In this document: positions 19,192-27,722 of the stretch, in pieces
How positions within the stretch are numbered: position 1 is the stretch's first letter
Layout: each line of letters starts with the position of its first letter
NCBI GenBank assembly: GCA_965208505.1
Contig: OZ242339.1
Span: 1,407,715-1,471,714 of the forward strand
Direction: 5' to 3'
Source of the DNA: Acidimicrobiales bacterium
GTDB taxonomy: Bacteria; Actinomycetota; Acidimicrobiia; Acidimicrobiales; Bin134
Length of the DNA: 64,000 bases
Notes under the pieces: generated by a model
The model's database searches: none
Told to the model about the DNA's origin: nothing
What the model saw: the letters and a program-made list of their open reading frames with translations, nothing else
Program-made: the position numbers and the translations under genes

Positions 19192-21354
19192 GTGGCGCCT
19201 ATGGCGTCGTCCGAACACGGTGAAGGTTCCACCTCACCGGACATACAGGGGGTCAATGTGGACGCCGTACCGTATCTAGCCGGATTGAGCGCGATTTTCG
19301 CGCTCCTGCTCGCCTTCTTCTTCTACCGGGTCGTGAAAGCCGCCCCTCCAGGCAACAGCCGCATGGTCGACCTCATGAACGAGATCCAGGCCGGGGCCAA
19401 GGCCTTTCTGAAGCAGGAGTATTCCTGGGTAGCGGGGTTCGTGGTCATCATGGCCATCCTCATTCCGGTGCTTACCGGGGTGGAACTCACCTTCATCAGC
19501 TACATCCTGGGCGCCGTGCTCTCCGCCGGTGCCGGGTATGTGGGGATGACGGTGGCCACTATGGCCAATGCCCGTACCACCCAGGCGGCCACCGAGGGAC
19601 CGGCCAAGGCCCTGCCGCTGGCTTTCCGAGGCGGTGCGGTCATGGGCTTCTCCGTGGCCGGGCTGAGTCTTCTTGGCTTGTCCTTCACTTACCTACTGTT
19701 TGTGGAATGGCTCAGTGTGGACGATCCGTTTGAGATCTTCACCGCCTTCGGTCTCGGGGCCAGTTCCATCGCCCTGTTCTCTCGCGTGGGTGGCGGCATC
19801 TACACCAAGGCCGCCGACGTGGGTGCCGATCTGGTGGGCAAAGTCGAAGCCGGCATTCCCGAGGACGACCCCCGCAACCCGGCCACCATCGCCGACAACG
19901 TGGGCGACAACGTGGGCGACGTTGCCGGTATGGGCGCAGACCTCTTCGAGAGCTACAGCGGTTCGATCATCGCCCCTATCGCCCTGACAGCCTTCTCGTT
20001 TGCAGTGGCCGGAAGCGAGGCCACTGGCAGCGACATCGGCCTGGCCCAGCTCATGTTCCCGCTAGCGGTGGCTTTCGTGGGGATGCTGGCCGCCATCATC
20101 GGCTCGTTCGCCGTGAGGGGCAGCGCGAGCGCCGACGTGAAGAGCCTGTCCCGCCAACTCCACATGGGCACCAACGTGGCCATGGGGCTCACCGTGATAG
20201 GGACGATCCTGGTAGGACTGTGGTTCTTCACCGGCGACGACTTCGACGGCTGGTGGGGATTGCCCATCTCTGTCATCGGTGGTCTGGCGGTGGGCTGGGC
20301 CATCGGCAAAGTGGCCGAGATCTGGACCAGCGACCACTACGCCCCGGTTAAGAAGATCGCCCAGCAGTCCGAGACCGGCCCGGCCACCACGGTGCTGGCC
20401 GGCATCAGCGCGGGCATGGTGTCGGTTGCCGCATCGGTTGTTTTGATCGGCGCCGGCGTGCTGGTGGCCTACTGGGGTGGCCAGCAGACACTGGGCGACA
20501 ACACCGGCGCCGGCATCTACGGCATCGCCGTGGCCGCCATTGGGATGCTGGCCACCACCGGTGTGGTCGTGTCGGTGGACGCCTACGGCCCCATCGCCGA
20601 CAACGCCGGGGGCATCGCCGAGATGGCTGAGCTCGACCCCAAGGTGCGTGAGGTGACTGACGCCCTCGATTCATTGGGCAACACCACCGCGGCCATCGCC
20701 AAGGGATTCGCGGTGGGTTCGGCCGCCCTGACCGCACTGGCACTGTTCAAGACCTTCGAAGTGGCGCTTCGGCTGGAGGATCCCAACTTCGCGCTCTCTT
20801 TGGACGTAGGCCAGGTAGACGTATTCATCGGTCTTTTCCTGGGGGCCATGCTGCCGTTCTTGTTCGCAGCCCTGACCATCGACGCGGTGGGCCGGGCGGC
20901 CAACAAGATGATCGAGGAGGTCCGCCGCCAATTCCGAGAGATCCCCGGTTTGCGGGAGGGTGCCGAGGGGGTAAAGCCCGACTCGGCCCGGTGCGTAGCC
21001 ATCTCCACCCAGGCCTCGCTACGGGAGATGCTGGTACCCGGCGCTCTGGCCGTCGCCGTGCCATTGATTCTGGGCTTCATCGACGTGGACACCTTGGGCG
21101 GCTTTTTGGCCGGTGCCCTGGTGACCGGATTCGCCCTGGCCATCTTCATGGCCAACGCCGGTGGTGCCTGGGACAACGCCAAGAAATACATCGAGGCCGG
21201 CGCCCATGGCGGCAAGGGCTCTGAGCCCCATAAGGCTGCTGTAGTGGGCGACACCGTGGGCGACCCGTTCAAGGACACCTCCGGGCCGTCCATGAACATC
21301 CTCATCAAGGTCATGACCATCGTGTCGCTGGTGTTCGCCTCGGCGTTTGTCTGA
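19192..21354 (+). CDS. hppA: Membrane-bound proton-translocating pyrophosphatase
   Basis: GGIYTKAADVGADLVGKVE, DDPRNPATIADNVGDNVGDVAGMGADLFESY and DTVGDPFKDTSGPS motifs; 720 aa. Confidence 0.95.
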   Translation: MAPMASSEHGEGSTSPDIQGVNVDAVPYLAGLSAIFALLLAFFFYRVVKAAPPGNSRMVDLMNEIQAGAKAFLKQEYSWVAGFVVIMAILIPVLTGVELTFISYILGAVLSAGAGYVGMTVATMANARTTQAATEGPAKALPLAFRGGAVMGFSVAGLSLLGLSFTYLLFVEWLSVDDPFEIFTAFGLGASSIALFSRVGGGIYTKAADVGADLVGKVEAGIPEDDPRNPATIADNVGDNVGDVAGMGADLFESYSGSIIAPIALTAFSFAVAGSEATGSDIGLAQLMFPLAVAFVGMLAAIIGSFAVRGSASADVKSLSRQLHMGTNVAMGLTVIGTILVGLWFFTGDDFDGWWGLPISVIGGLAVGWAIGKVAEIWTSDHYAPVKKIAQQSETGPATTVLAGISAGMVSVAASVVLIGAGVLVAYWGGQQTLGDNTGAGIYGIAVAAIGMLATTGVVVSVDAYGPIADNAGGIAEMAELDPKVREVTDALDSLGNTTAAIAKGFAVGSAALTALALFKTFEVALRLEDPNFALSLDVGQVDVFIGLFLGAMLPFLFAALTIDAVGRAANKMIEEVRRQFREIPGLREGAEGVKPDSARCVAISTQASLREMLVPGALAVAVPLILGFIDVDTLGGFLAGALVTGFALAIFMANAGGAWDNAKKYIEAGAHGGKGSEPHKAAVVGDTVGDPFKDTSGPSMNILIKVMTIVSLVFASAFV

Positions 21355-21391
21355 TCGTTCCGCCAGTCGGCAACCGTGACAACATAAGCCG

Positions 21392-22180
21392 ATGCCGATA
21401 GCCAAAGTCCGCAACCTCGACCTGTACTTCGAGCTGCACGGATCGGGGCCGCCTCTGCTCAACATCAGCGGAAGCGGCGGCGACCTGCGCATGACCGCTC
21501 CCAACCTGAACCCGCTGAATGCCGCCTTTTCCGTGGCCCACTACGACCAGCGGGGCCTGGGCCAGACCTCAACGCCGCCGATGCCGTGGACCATGGCCGA
21601 CTACGCCGCCGACGCGGTGGCGTTCTTGGATTTCTTGGGCTGGGACTCGGTGCCGGTGGTGGGCACCAGTTTCGGAGGAATGGTGGGCATGAACATGGCT
21701 GTGCTCCATCCGGGCCGTATCAGCAAGCTGGTGCTCAACTGCACCTCGCCAGGCGGCCCCGACTACAGCTCGTGGCCCCTGCACACCCTGGCCGACCTCG
21801 ATCCCCAAGAGCGCGGGGAACAGGCACTGGAGATCATGGACACCCGCTATGAGCGAGGCGGACCGCTTCCTCCCGGAGTGGAGGTGTTCGTGGCCGCTGC
21901 TCGTCCCGACGGCCCGGCGCTGCCCCTGAACACCCCCGGCGCGCTCGGGCAATTGGAGGCCCGCCGGGGCCACGACGTGGTCGACCGCCTAGGCGAGATC
22001 GACGTTCCCACTCTGGTGTGCGCCGGCGTCCACGACGGCATCGCCCCGATGCGCAACAGCGAACTGCTCCGCGACCGCATCCCCAATGCCCGCCTGGCCA
22101 CCTTCGATGGCGGCCACATCTTCATGGTGCAAGACCCCACCGCCTACCCCACCATCTTGGAGTTCCTAGCCGACGACTGA
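21392..22180 (+). CDS. Alpha/beta-fold hydrolase
   Basis: GTSFGG nucleophile elbow, C-terminal GGHIF; 262 aa. Confidence 0.8.
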   Translation: MPIAKVRNLDLYFELHGSGPPLLNISGSGGDLRMTAPNLNPLNAAFSVAHYDQRGLGQTSTPPMPWTMADYAADAVAFLDFLGWDSVPVVGTSFGGMVGMNMAVLHPGRISKLVLNCTSPGGPDYSSWPLHTLADLDPQERGEQALEIMDTRYERGGPLPPGVEVFVAAARPDGPALPLNTPGALGQLEARRGHDVVDRLGEIDVPTLVCAGVHDGIAPMRNSELLRDRIPNARLATFDGGHIFMVQDPTAYPTILEFLADD

Positions 22181-22194
22181 TCTACCGTGGTGGC

Positions 22195-22737
22195 GTGGAT
22201 CGAGAGCGCGCGCTGCAAACGCTGGGGCTGGAGAAGGGGGCTCAAGCTGCCGATATCAGCCGGGCCTACCGTGCGCAGATCCGCCGAGCCCACCCCGATG
22301 CCGGGGGGAGCACCGCGGCGGCCGCCCGTATAACCGAGGCCTACCACTGGCTCCAGCGGGCTGGCACACCTCCCCCGGGACCGTCCAAGTCGTCGCCACC
22401 CAAGCCGGATACGCCCGCCGAAGCGAATACCGATGATAGCCTGGTCCTTCACTTGCCAGCCGGAGATGTATTTGCCCGGTTGGTCGAAGCAGGCCACGAC
22501 TTGGGCGAGGTCAGCTACATCGACCCCGCCGCAGGCATGGTCCAAGTCACGTTCACCGCTGACAATGGAGTGGTATGCCAATTGGCCGCCACCGTGCAGT
22601 CGACCCCAGTACCCGGCTCGCGCCAACTCGACACCCAGGTGGAGTTCACCCTCGACCCGCTGGCCAGCGGGCAAGCACCCCCCATTGGGCGAGTCGTCGC
22701 TAGCTTGGTCCGCCTGGTCCGCAAGACGTCGATCTGA
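22195..22737 (+). CDS. J-domain protein with uncharacterised C-terminal domain
   Basis: From an in-frame GTG at 22195: ALQTLGLEKGAQAADISRAYRAQIRRAHPDAGG...ITEAYHWL (HPD tripeptide). The longer track ORF (22018) overlaps the upstream hydrolase. Confidence 0.6.
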   Translation: MDRERALQTLGLEKGAQAADISRAYRAQIRRAHPDAGGSTAAAARITEAYHWLQRAGTPPPGPSKSSPPKPDTPAEANTDDSLVLHLPAGDVFARLVEAGHDLGEVSYIDPAAGMVQVTFTADNGVVCQLAATVQSTPVPGSRQLDTQVEFTLDPLASGQAPPIGRVVASLVRLVRKTSI

Positions 22738-22790
22738 GCCCAATCAACCTCAGCCAAACTGTCACTGACCGTTCATAGGGTAATTGGCCC

Positions 22791-23423
22791 ATGTCGGATG
22801 CACTCGTGTCACCCCGGCCCTGCGATGGCATCGCCCAACCCGCGTTGTGGAGCATGCAGGAGCCGATCGCGCTGGAGCTGGCCGTGAAGCGGGTGGACCT
22901 GGGCGACGAGGCCTGGGTCGACACCATGACCGGGTTCGTGCGGGGTGGTGACACCCTGCTGGACACCGTGGTGGCCACTGTGACCCTGTTCACCGAGCGG
23001 CGGCCCATGTACGACAACATGGTCGACGTCCCCCGCCTTTCAGCCCACCTCCCCGCCGACCAATTGGGCCCCGCGGTCCCCGTCATCGGCGATGTCGCCG
23101 CCAAGTTGAGCACCCACTACCAGAAGGCGTTCGCCCGGGTCGGCATCAACCTCTATCGCCACGAGCGCGACAGCGTGGCCTGGCATGCCGACAAGATCGG
23201 AAGGGTCAAGCACCACCCCATCGTCGGCCTGTTATCCCTCGGCGCGGCCCGCCCCTTCTTGCTCCGGCCTCTCGGCGGTGGCCGGTCCCGCCGCTTCGTG
23301 CTCGGCTCCGGCGACCTCCTGGTGATGGGTGGCACCTGCCAGCACCGCTTTGAGCACGCCGTCCCCAAGCTCTCCCGCCCCACTGCTCCCCGCCTCAGCC
23401 TCACCTTCCGCCACGACGACTGA
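22791..23423 (+). CDS. alkB: AlkB-like 2OG/Fe(II)-dependent dioxygenase (alkylation repair type)
   Basis: INLYRHERDSVAWHADK (HxD), FEHAVP (distal His) and RLSLTFRH (2OG Arg) motifs. Confidence 0.8.
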   Translation: MSDALVSPRPCDGIAQPALWSMQEPIALELAVKRVDLGDEAWVDTMTGFVRGGDTLLDTVVATVTLFTERRPMYDNMVDVPRLSAHLPADQLGPAVPVIGDVAAKLSTHYQKAFARVGINLYRHERDSVAWHADKIGRVKHHPIVGLLSLGAARPFLLRPLGGGRSRRFVLGSGDLLVMGGTCQHRFEHAVPKLSRPTAPRLSLTFRHDD

Positions 23424-23441
23424 CAAAGGGAGTCTCCGAAA

Positions 23442-25388
23442 ATGTCCAACCAGCAAGCAGAGAATTTTTCCGCTGAAGCCCAACATTGCCTGCGAGCGCT
23501 GACGGCCAATCAGTCGTCTGCCTTTCGCCCCGGACAGTTAGAAGCCATTGAACAACTGGTCTTGCGGCGGAAAAGGGTGCTCTTGGTTCAGCGAACTGGT
23601 TGGGGAAAGAGCGCGGTCTATTTTATTGCCACTCGCCTCCTGCGAGACCGCGGCGCTGGCCCCACTCTGTTGGTATCTCCCCTGCTGGCGCTGATGCGGA
23701 ACCAGATCGAGGCCGCACAGCGCATGGGAGTGCGGGCGGCAACCATCAATAGTTCAAACCAAGAGGAATGGGAAGGGGTCTACGCCGAAATCGCTTCTGA
23801 CCAGATCGATGTTCTTTTGATCTCGCCAGAGCGGCTGGCCAACCGGGAATTCCGAAGTGCCCACCTACCACCGCTAGCCCAGCGTGGCGGCCTGCTGGTG
23901 GTCGACGAAGTCCACTGCATTTCCGACTGGGGACACGACTTTCGTCCCGACTACCGGCGGATCAAGGGAGTCTTAGACCTGCTCCCCCAAGGAATTCCCG
24001 TGTTGGGCTGCACTGCGACGGCCAATAACCGGGTCGTGGACGACGTTGCCGAACAGCTTGGAACCGAATTGGTGCCCATTCGAGGGCCCCTTGGTCGTGA
24101 TGGGTTACAACTGCGTGTCTTTGCACCAGCGCCCCAGCAGAAGCGACTGGCATGGCTGGCTGAGGCGATCCCCAGTCTCCCCGGAACTGGCATCGTCTAT
24201 TGCCTCACAGTCCGAGACGCCGAGCGAGTTGTTTCCTGGCTTACCTACCAGGGGATTGATGCAGTCGCCTACACAGGCGACTCACACAATGATCACCGAC
24301 TGGAAACCGAACAACAGCTCCTGAGCAATCGGAAAAAGGTCGTCGCGGCGACTTCCGCACTAGGGATGGGATTCGATAAGCCTGATCTCTCGTTCGTCAT
24401 CCACTACCAGGCTCCGGGCTCCCCCATCGCCTACTACCAACAGGTAGGGAGGGCCGGGCGGGCGCTAACCGAATCGTGGGGCATCCTTCTCCAGGGTTAC
24501 GAGGACGCAGACATTCAGAACTTTTTCATTGATGCTGCGTTCCCTACCGCTGACCAGGCTCAAGAGATTGTCGGCCTGCTCGAACAAACGGTAGTGCCAT
24601 TGAAACTATCTGATATCGAGCGGGAGGTGAACATTCGGCGCTCGCGGCTTGAACAGCTCCTGAAGATCCTGGAAGTCGACATTGCCGTAGAGCGTGTCGA
24701 CTCTGGCTGGCAGCGGACGCTTCAACGTTGGAGTTACGACAGTCAAAGGGTAGAGGCGGTAACCGCATTGCGGTGGGAAGAACAGGCTCAGATGGCGGAA
24801 TACGTGAGCGCTGACCAGTGCCGAATGGAATTGCTGAGGTCGTATTTGGACGACTCACAGGCTCGTCCTTGTGGCATCTGCGACAACTGTCTTTCAGACC
24901 ACAGACAGCTCCTGGCGAGTCCCCATACAATTCAGGCCGCAGTGGACTTCCTCCGAGGGACAGAACTTACGTTTGAACCCCGAAAGCAGATCCCTGGCGA
25001 GGGCAGGATTCCTAAAGACCACCTCTGCGAACCCGGCCGCGTGCTTGCCCTCTGGGGTGATAGTGGGTGGGGAGCGCTAGTTCAAAGCGGCAAAGCCGAA
25101 GGACGCTTTGACGACGAACTGGCTGAGGCTTCAGCAGATCTGATCAGCGAACGCTGGAGACCTGATCCTGCACCCACCTGGGTGACCTATGTCCCCTCCC
25201 TCAGGCATCCCGATCTTGTCCGAGATTTCGCCCGATGCATCGCCCAGAAGCTGGCCATTCCGTGCCATGATGCGGTTGTCAAGATCCACGACACCCAGCC
25301 GCAGAAGTACATGCAGAACAGTGCCCAGCAGTATGCGAACATCAAACGTGCTTTCAGCGTTACCTCAGAGATTCCTCTGGTCCCGTGA
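23442..25388 (+). CDS. RecQ-family DNA helicase with C-terminal ComF/ComFC-like (PRTase-type) extension; frame ends prematurely inside the PRTase-like domain
   Basis: TGWGKSAVY Walker A, VVDEVHCISDWGHDFRPDY, ALGMGFDKPD, YYQQVGRAGR and a CGICDNC zinc finger. Then YVPSLRHPDLVRDFARCIAQKLAIP...QKYMQNSAQQYANIKRAFSV, which resembles ComFC. Confidence 0.85.
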   Translation: MSNQQAENFSAEAQHCLRALTANQSSAFRPGQLEAIEQLVLRRKRVLLVQRTGWGKSAVYFIATRLLRDRGAGPTLLVSPLLALMRNQIEAAQRMGVRAATINSSNQEEWEGVYAEIASDQIDVLLISPERLANREFRSAHLPPLAQRGGLLVVDEVHCISDWGHDFRPDYRRIKGVLDLLPQGIPVLGCTATANNRVVDDVAEQLGTELVPIRGPLGRDGLQLRVFAPAPQQKRLAWLAEAIPSLPGTGIVYCLTVRDAERVVSWLTYQGIDAVAYTGDSHNDHRLETEQQLLSNRKKVVAATSALGMGFDKPDLSFVIHYQAPGSPIAYYQQVGRAGRALTESWGILLQGYEDADIQNFFIDAAFPTADQAQEIVGLLEQTVVPLKLSDIEREVNIRRSRLEQLLKILEVDIAVERVDSGWQRTLQRWSYDSQRVEAVTALRWEEQAQMAEYVSADQCRMELLRSYLDDSQARPCGICDNCLSDHRQLLASPHTIQAAVDFLRGTELTFEPRKQIPGEGRIPKDHLCEPGRVLALWGDSGWGALVQSGKAEGRFDDELAEASADLISERWRPDPAPTWVTYVPSLRHPDLVRDFARCIAQKLAIPCHDAVVKIHDTQPQKYMQNSAQQYANIKRAFSVTSEIPLVP

Positions 25389-25519
25389 TATTGGTGGACG
25401 ACATGGTGGATTCCCGATGGACTCTCACCATAATCGCTTCTCTGCTGCGAAGCGCCGGAGCCGGACCCGTTCATCCGTTCGCATTGGCAAACACAGCCGG
25501 AAGGGCTAGGCGTGACTGA
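25385..25519 (+). pseudogene. Out-of-frame (-1) continuation of the PRTase-like domain of the RecQ fusion
   Basis: The frame starting at 25385 reads VILVDDMVDSRWTLTIIASLLRSAGAGPVHPFALANTAGRARRD-stop. This is the PRPP-binding loop expected right after ...AFSVTSEIP. It implies a 1-nt indel near 25370-25385. Confidence 0.6.
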
Positions 25520-26540
25520 ACTAGGACGAACCGTATGCGGGACCAAGGCAAACCAGGACTCACTGGCTGCCATACTGCTTACCAGCAGATTGGCCTCAGG
25601 CGGGGTCAAGCCGCTTAGCTCTCCCGAGTATTGGAAGCAACCTGAAATGGCCAACGCACCCAGTGCTCTCCTGGAGGTACCTCAGGAGGCGCTATGCCGG
25701 CAGCACGGTCTTGCCAGCGAAATGGCGTTGCGGGTCGCTGCCCTCTTTGATCGAGCTATTGCAGTGGCCTTCGAAATCGACCGTTTGCGGCAGAGAGGGA
25801 TCCATACCCTCACTCCGTTTGATGATCAATATCCATGCCAGTTCAAGTCTCGACTGAAGGAAAAAGCCCCGGTGGTATTACACACCGCGGGACCGCGAGA
25901 ACTGCTACGTTGCCCAGGTCTCGGGGTGGTGGGCAGCCGTGACATAGGCGAAGAAGGTGCCGAAGTTGCCAAGAATGCTGCCCGATTGGCGTCACGACTA
26001 GGCATTTCTGTGGTCTCTGGCGGAGCACGTGGGGTGGATCGCCTAGCAATGAACGCGGCTCTCGATGAGCACGACGTGGTAGGCACCGTGGTTGGGTTCT
26101 TGGCCGAATCGTTGGAGCGACAGCTCAAGCGACCGGAGACCCGGAGGGCCATCCTCGACGAGCGCGTCCTCTTGTGCACTCCCTATGAACCAGACGCCCA
26201 CTTCACCACAGGCAGGGCAATGGGCAGAAACAAGCTTATCTACGCCGGGGCCTTGATCACACTGGTCGTGGCCAGTGATTGCGAGACCGGAGGCACATGG
26301 GCAGGAGCGGTCGAAGCGATCAAACAAGGATTCGGTCCCGTTGCAGTTTGGAGAGGCCCAGGTGAGGGGCCCGGCAACTCAGGCCTAGAGCAATTGGGGG
26401 CGACGCCCGTTGACTCGCTGAACGACCTCGAGACCTTGCTCATTGACGCTCAAAGCGATCCGAACCCGACTGTGGATCAAGCTTCGATCCCAGAAGAGGC
26501 AAAGCTCCCGTTTCCCATGGAACTCGGCATGGACTCCTGA
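25512..26540 (+). CDS. DprA/Smf-like DNA-processing protein (SLOG/Rossmann fold)
   Basis: GVVGSRDIGEEGAEVAKNAARLASRLGISVVSGGARGVDRLAMNAAL and GRNKLIYAGALITLVVAS..ETGGTWAGAVEA motifs; 342 aa. Confidence 0.8.
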   Translation: MTELGRTVCGTKANQDSLAAILLTSRLASGGVKPLSSPEYWKQPEMANAPSALLEVPQEALCRQHGLASEMALRVAALFDRAIAVAFEIDRLRQRGIHTLTPFDDQYPCQFKSRLKEKAPVVLHTAGPRELLRCPGLGVVGSRDIGEEGAEVAKNAARLASRLGISVVSGGARGVDRLAMNAALDEHDVVGTVVGFLAESLERQLKRPETRRAILDERVLLCTPYEPDAHFTTGRAMGRNKLIYAGALITLVVASDCETGGTWAGAVEAIKQGFGPVAVWRGPGEGPGNSGLEQLGATPVDSLNDLETLLIDAQSDPNPTVDQASIPEEAKLPFPMELGMDS

Positions 26541-26558
26541 GACTGGAGTTGGAAATAG

Positions 26559-27656
26559 TCAGCTCAGGTTGAAGACGGTGCGGATGCCGATGCTGGAGCG
26601 GAGGTCGTCTAGGCCGGCGTTGATCTCGTTGATGGGGCGGCGGGCGGTGATCATGGGCTCGAGGTCGAGGCGGCCGTTCTGCCACAGGGCGAGCAGGCGG
26701 GGAACCTCGCGTTGGGAGTTGCAGCCCCCGAACAAACAGCCCAGCAGCTTCTTCTCCGCGGTGAGGTACATGACCGCAGGGTCAATGGTCACGGTGTGCT
26801 CGACGGCAGGGGCGCCGACCATCACCGTGGTACCGCCGTTGCGGGTGGCGGCCAGACCGGCCTCCACCAGCGGGCCGGCCCCGGCGGCGTCGAAGGCGTA
26901 GTCGGCCCCGATGCCTTTTGTGGCCTCTTGCACCTGAGCCACCACGTCGGTCTCGTTTGGATCAAGCAGGTCGGTGGCCCCAAAGGCCACGGCGGCGTTG
27001 CGACGGTCGGCTACCGGATCGGAGGCAAAGATGCGAGACGCTCCGGCCAGGCGGGCACCCTGCACCACTGACATGCCCACGCCGCCCAGACCCATCACCA
27101 ATACGGTGGCGCCTTCTTCCACTTGGGCGGTGTTGAGCACTGCACCCACACCGGTCTGGATGGCGCAGCCGATCACCGCGGCCACTTCTAGAGGCACATC
27201 GGGGTCGATCTTCACCGCGGCCGACTCGGCCACCAGGGTCAGCTCTCCGAATCCGGCGACACCCAAGCCCCGGTACACTGGCTGGCCGTCCATCGAGAAC
27301 GGAATCGAGCCGTCGGGCATCGTTCCCATGAACATCGACGCCGCCGACGCGCATAGCGTCATCTCCCCCCGCACGCACCAGTAGCAAGTCCCGCACGGGC
27401 CGAACGGCGACAGCATCACATGGTCACCCTCGGTCAGCGTGCCCACACCCGGTCCCACCGCGTTGACGATCCCAGCGGCCTCGTGACCCAAGATGATCGG
27501 TGTCATCATCTCGGGGGCGTCGATCATGGTCAGATCGGAGTGGCACAGGCCGCAGTGGGTGACCTGCACCCGCACCTGCCCCGGCCCGGGATCGACGCAA
27601 TCGACGTCGGCCATCACCAATGGTGAAGCTGGCGATGCCAGCAGTGCTGCCCTCAT
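26559..27656 (-). CDS. Zinc-type (MDR) alcohol dehydrogenase
   Basis: GLCHSDL, GHEAAG and GLGGVG motifs; 365 aa. Confidence 0.85.
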   Translation of the reverse strand: MRAALLASPASPLVMADVDCVDPGPGQVRVQVTHCGLCHSDLTMIDAPEMMTPIILGHEAAGIVNAVGPGVGTLTEGDHVMLSPFGPCGTCYWCVRGEMTLCASAASMFMGTMPDGSIPFSMDGQPVYRGLGVAGFGELTLVAESAAVKIDPDVPLEVAAVIGCAIQTGVGAVLNTAQVEEGATVLVMGLGGVGMSVVQGARLAGASRIFASDPVADRRNAAVAFGATDLLDPNETDVVAQVQEATKGIGADYAFDAAGAGPLVEAGLAATRNGGTTVMVGAPAVEHTVTIDPAVMYLTAEKKLLGCLFGGCNSQREVPRLLALWQNGRLDLEPMITARRPINEINAGLDDLRSSIGIRTVFNLS

Positions 27657-27722
27657 GGGATTCTCGTTTCAAGAAATGCCTCTTGTGGCTCTTCCAATCT
27701 CATGGAAACCTCTCTTCTGGGA

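Noticed and set aside
23424-26558. Searched the borders of the lower-GC helicase/DprA segment for direct repeats, a tRNA or an integrase that would define a mobile element.
   Set aside because: None were found. Only short local hairpin-like sequences occur at both ends (GGAGTCTCC; ACTCC..GGAGT), so I do not call it a mobile element.
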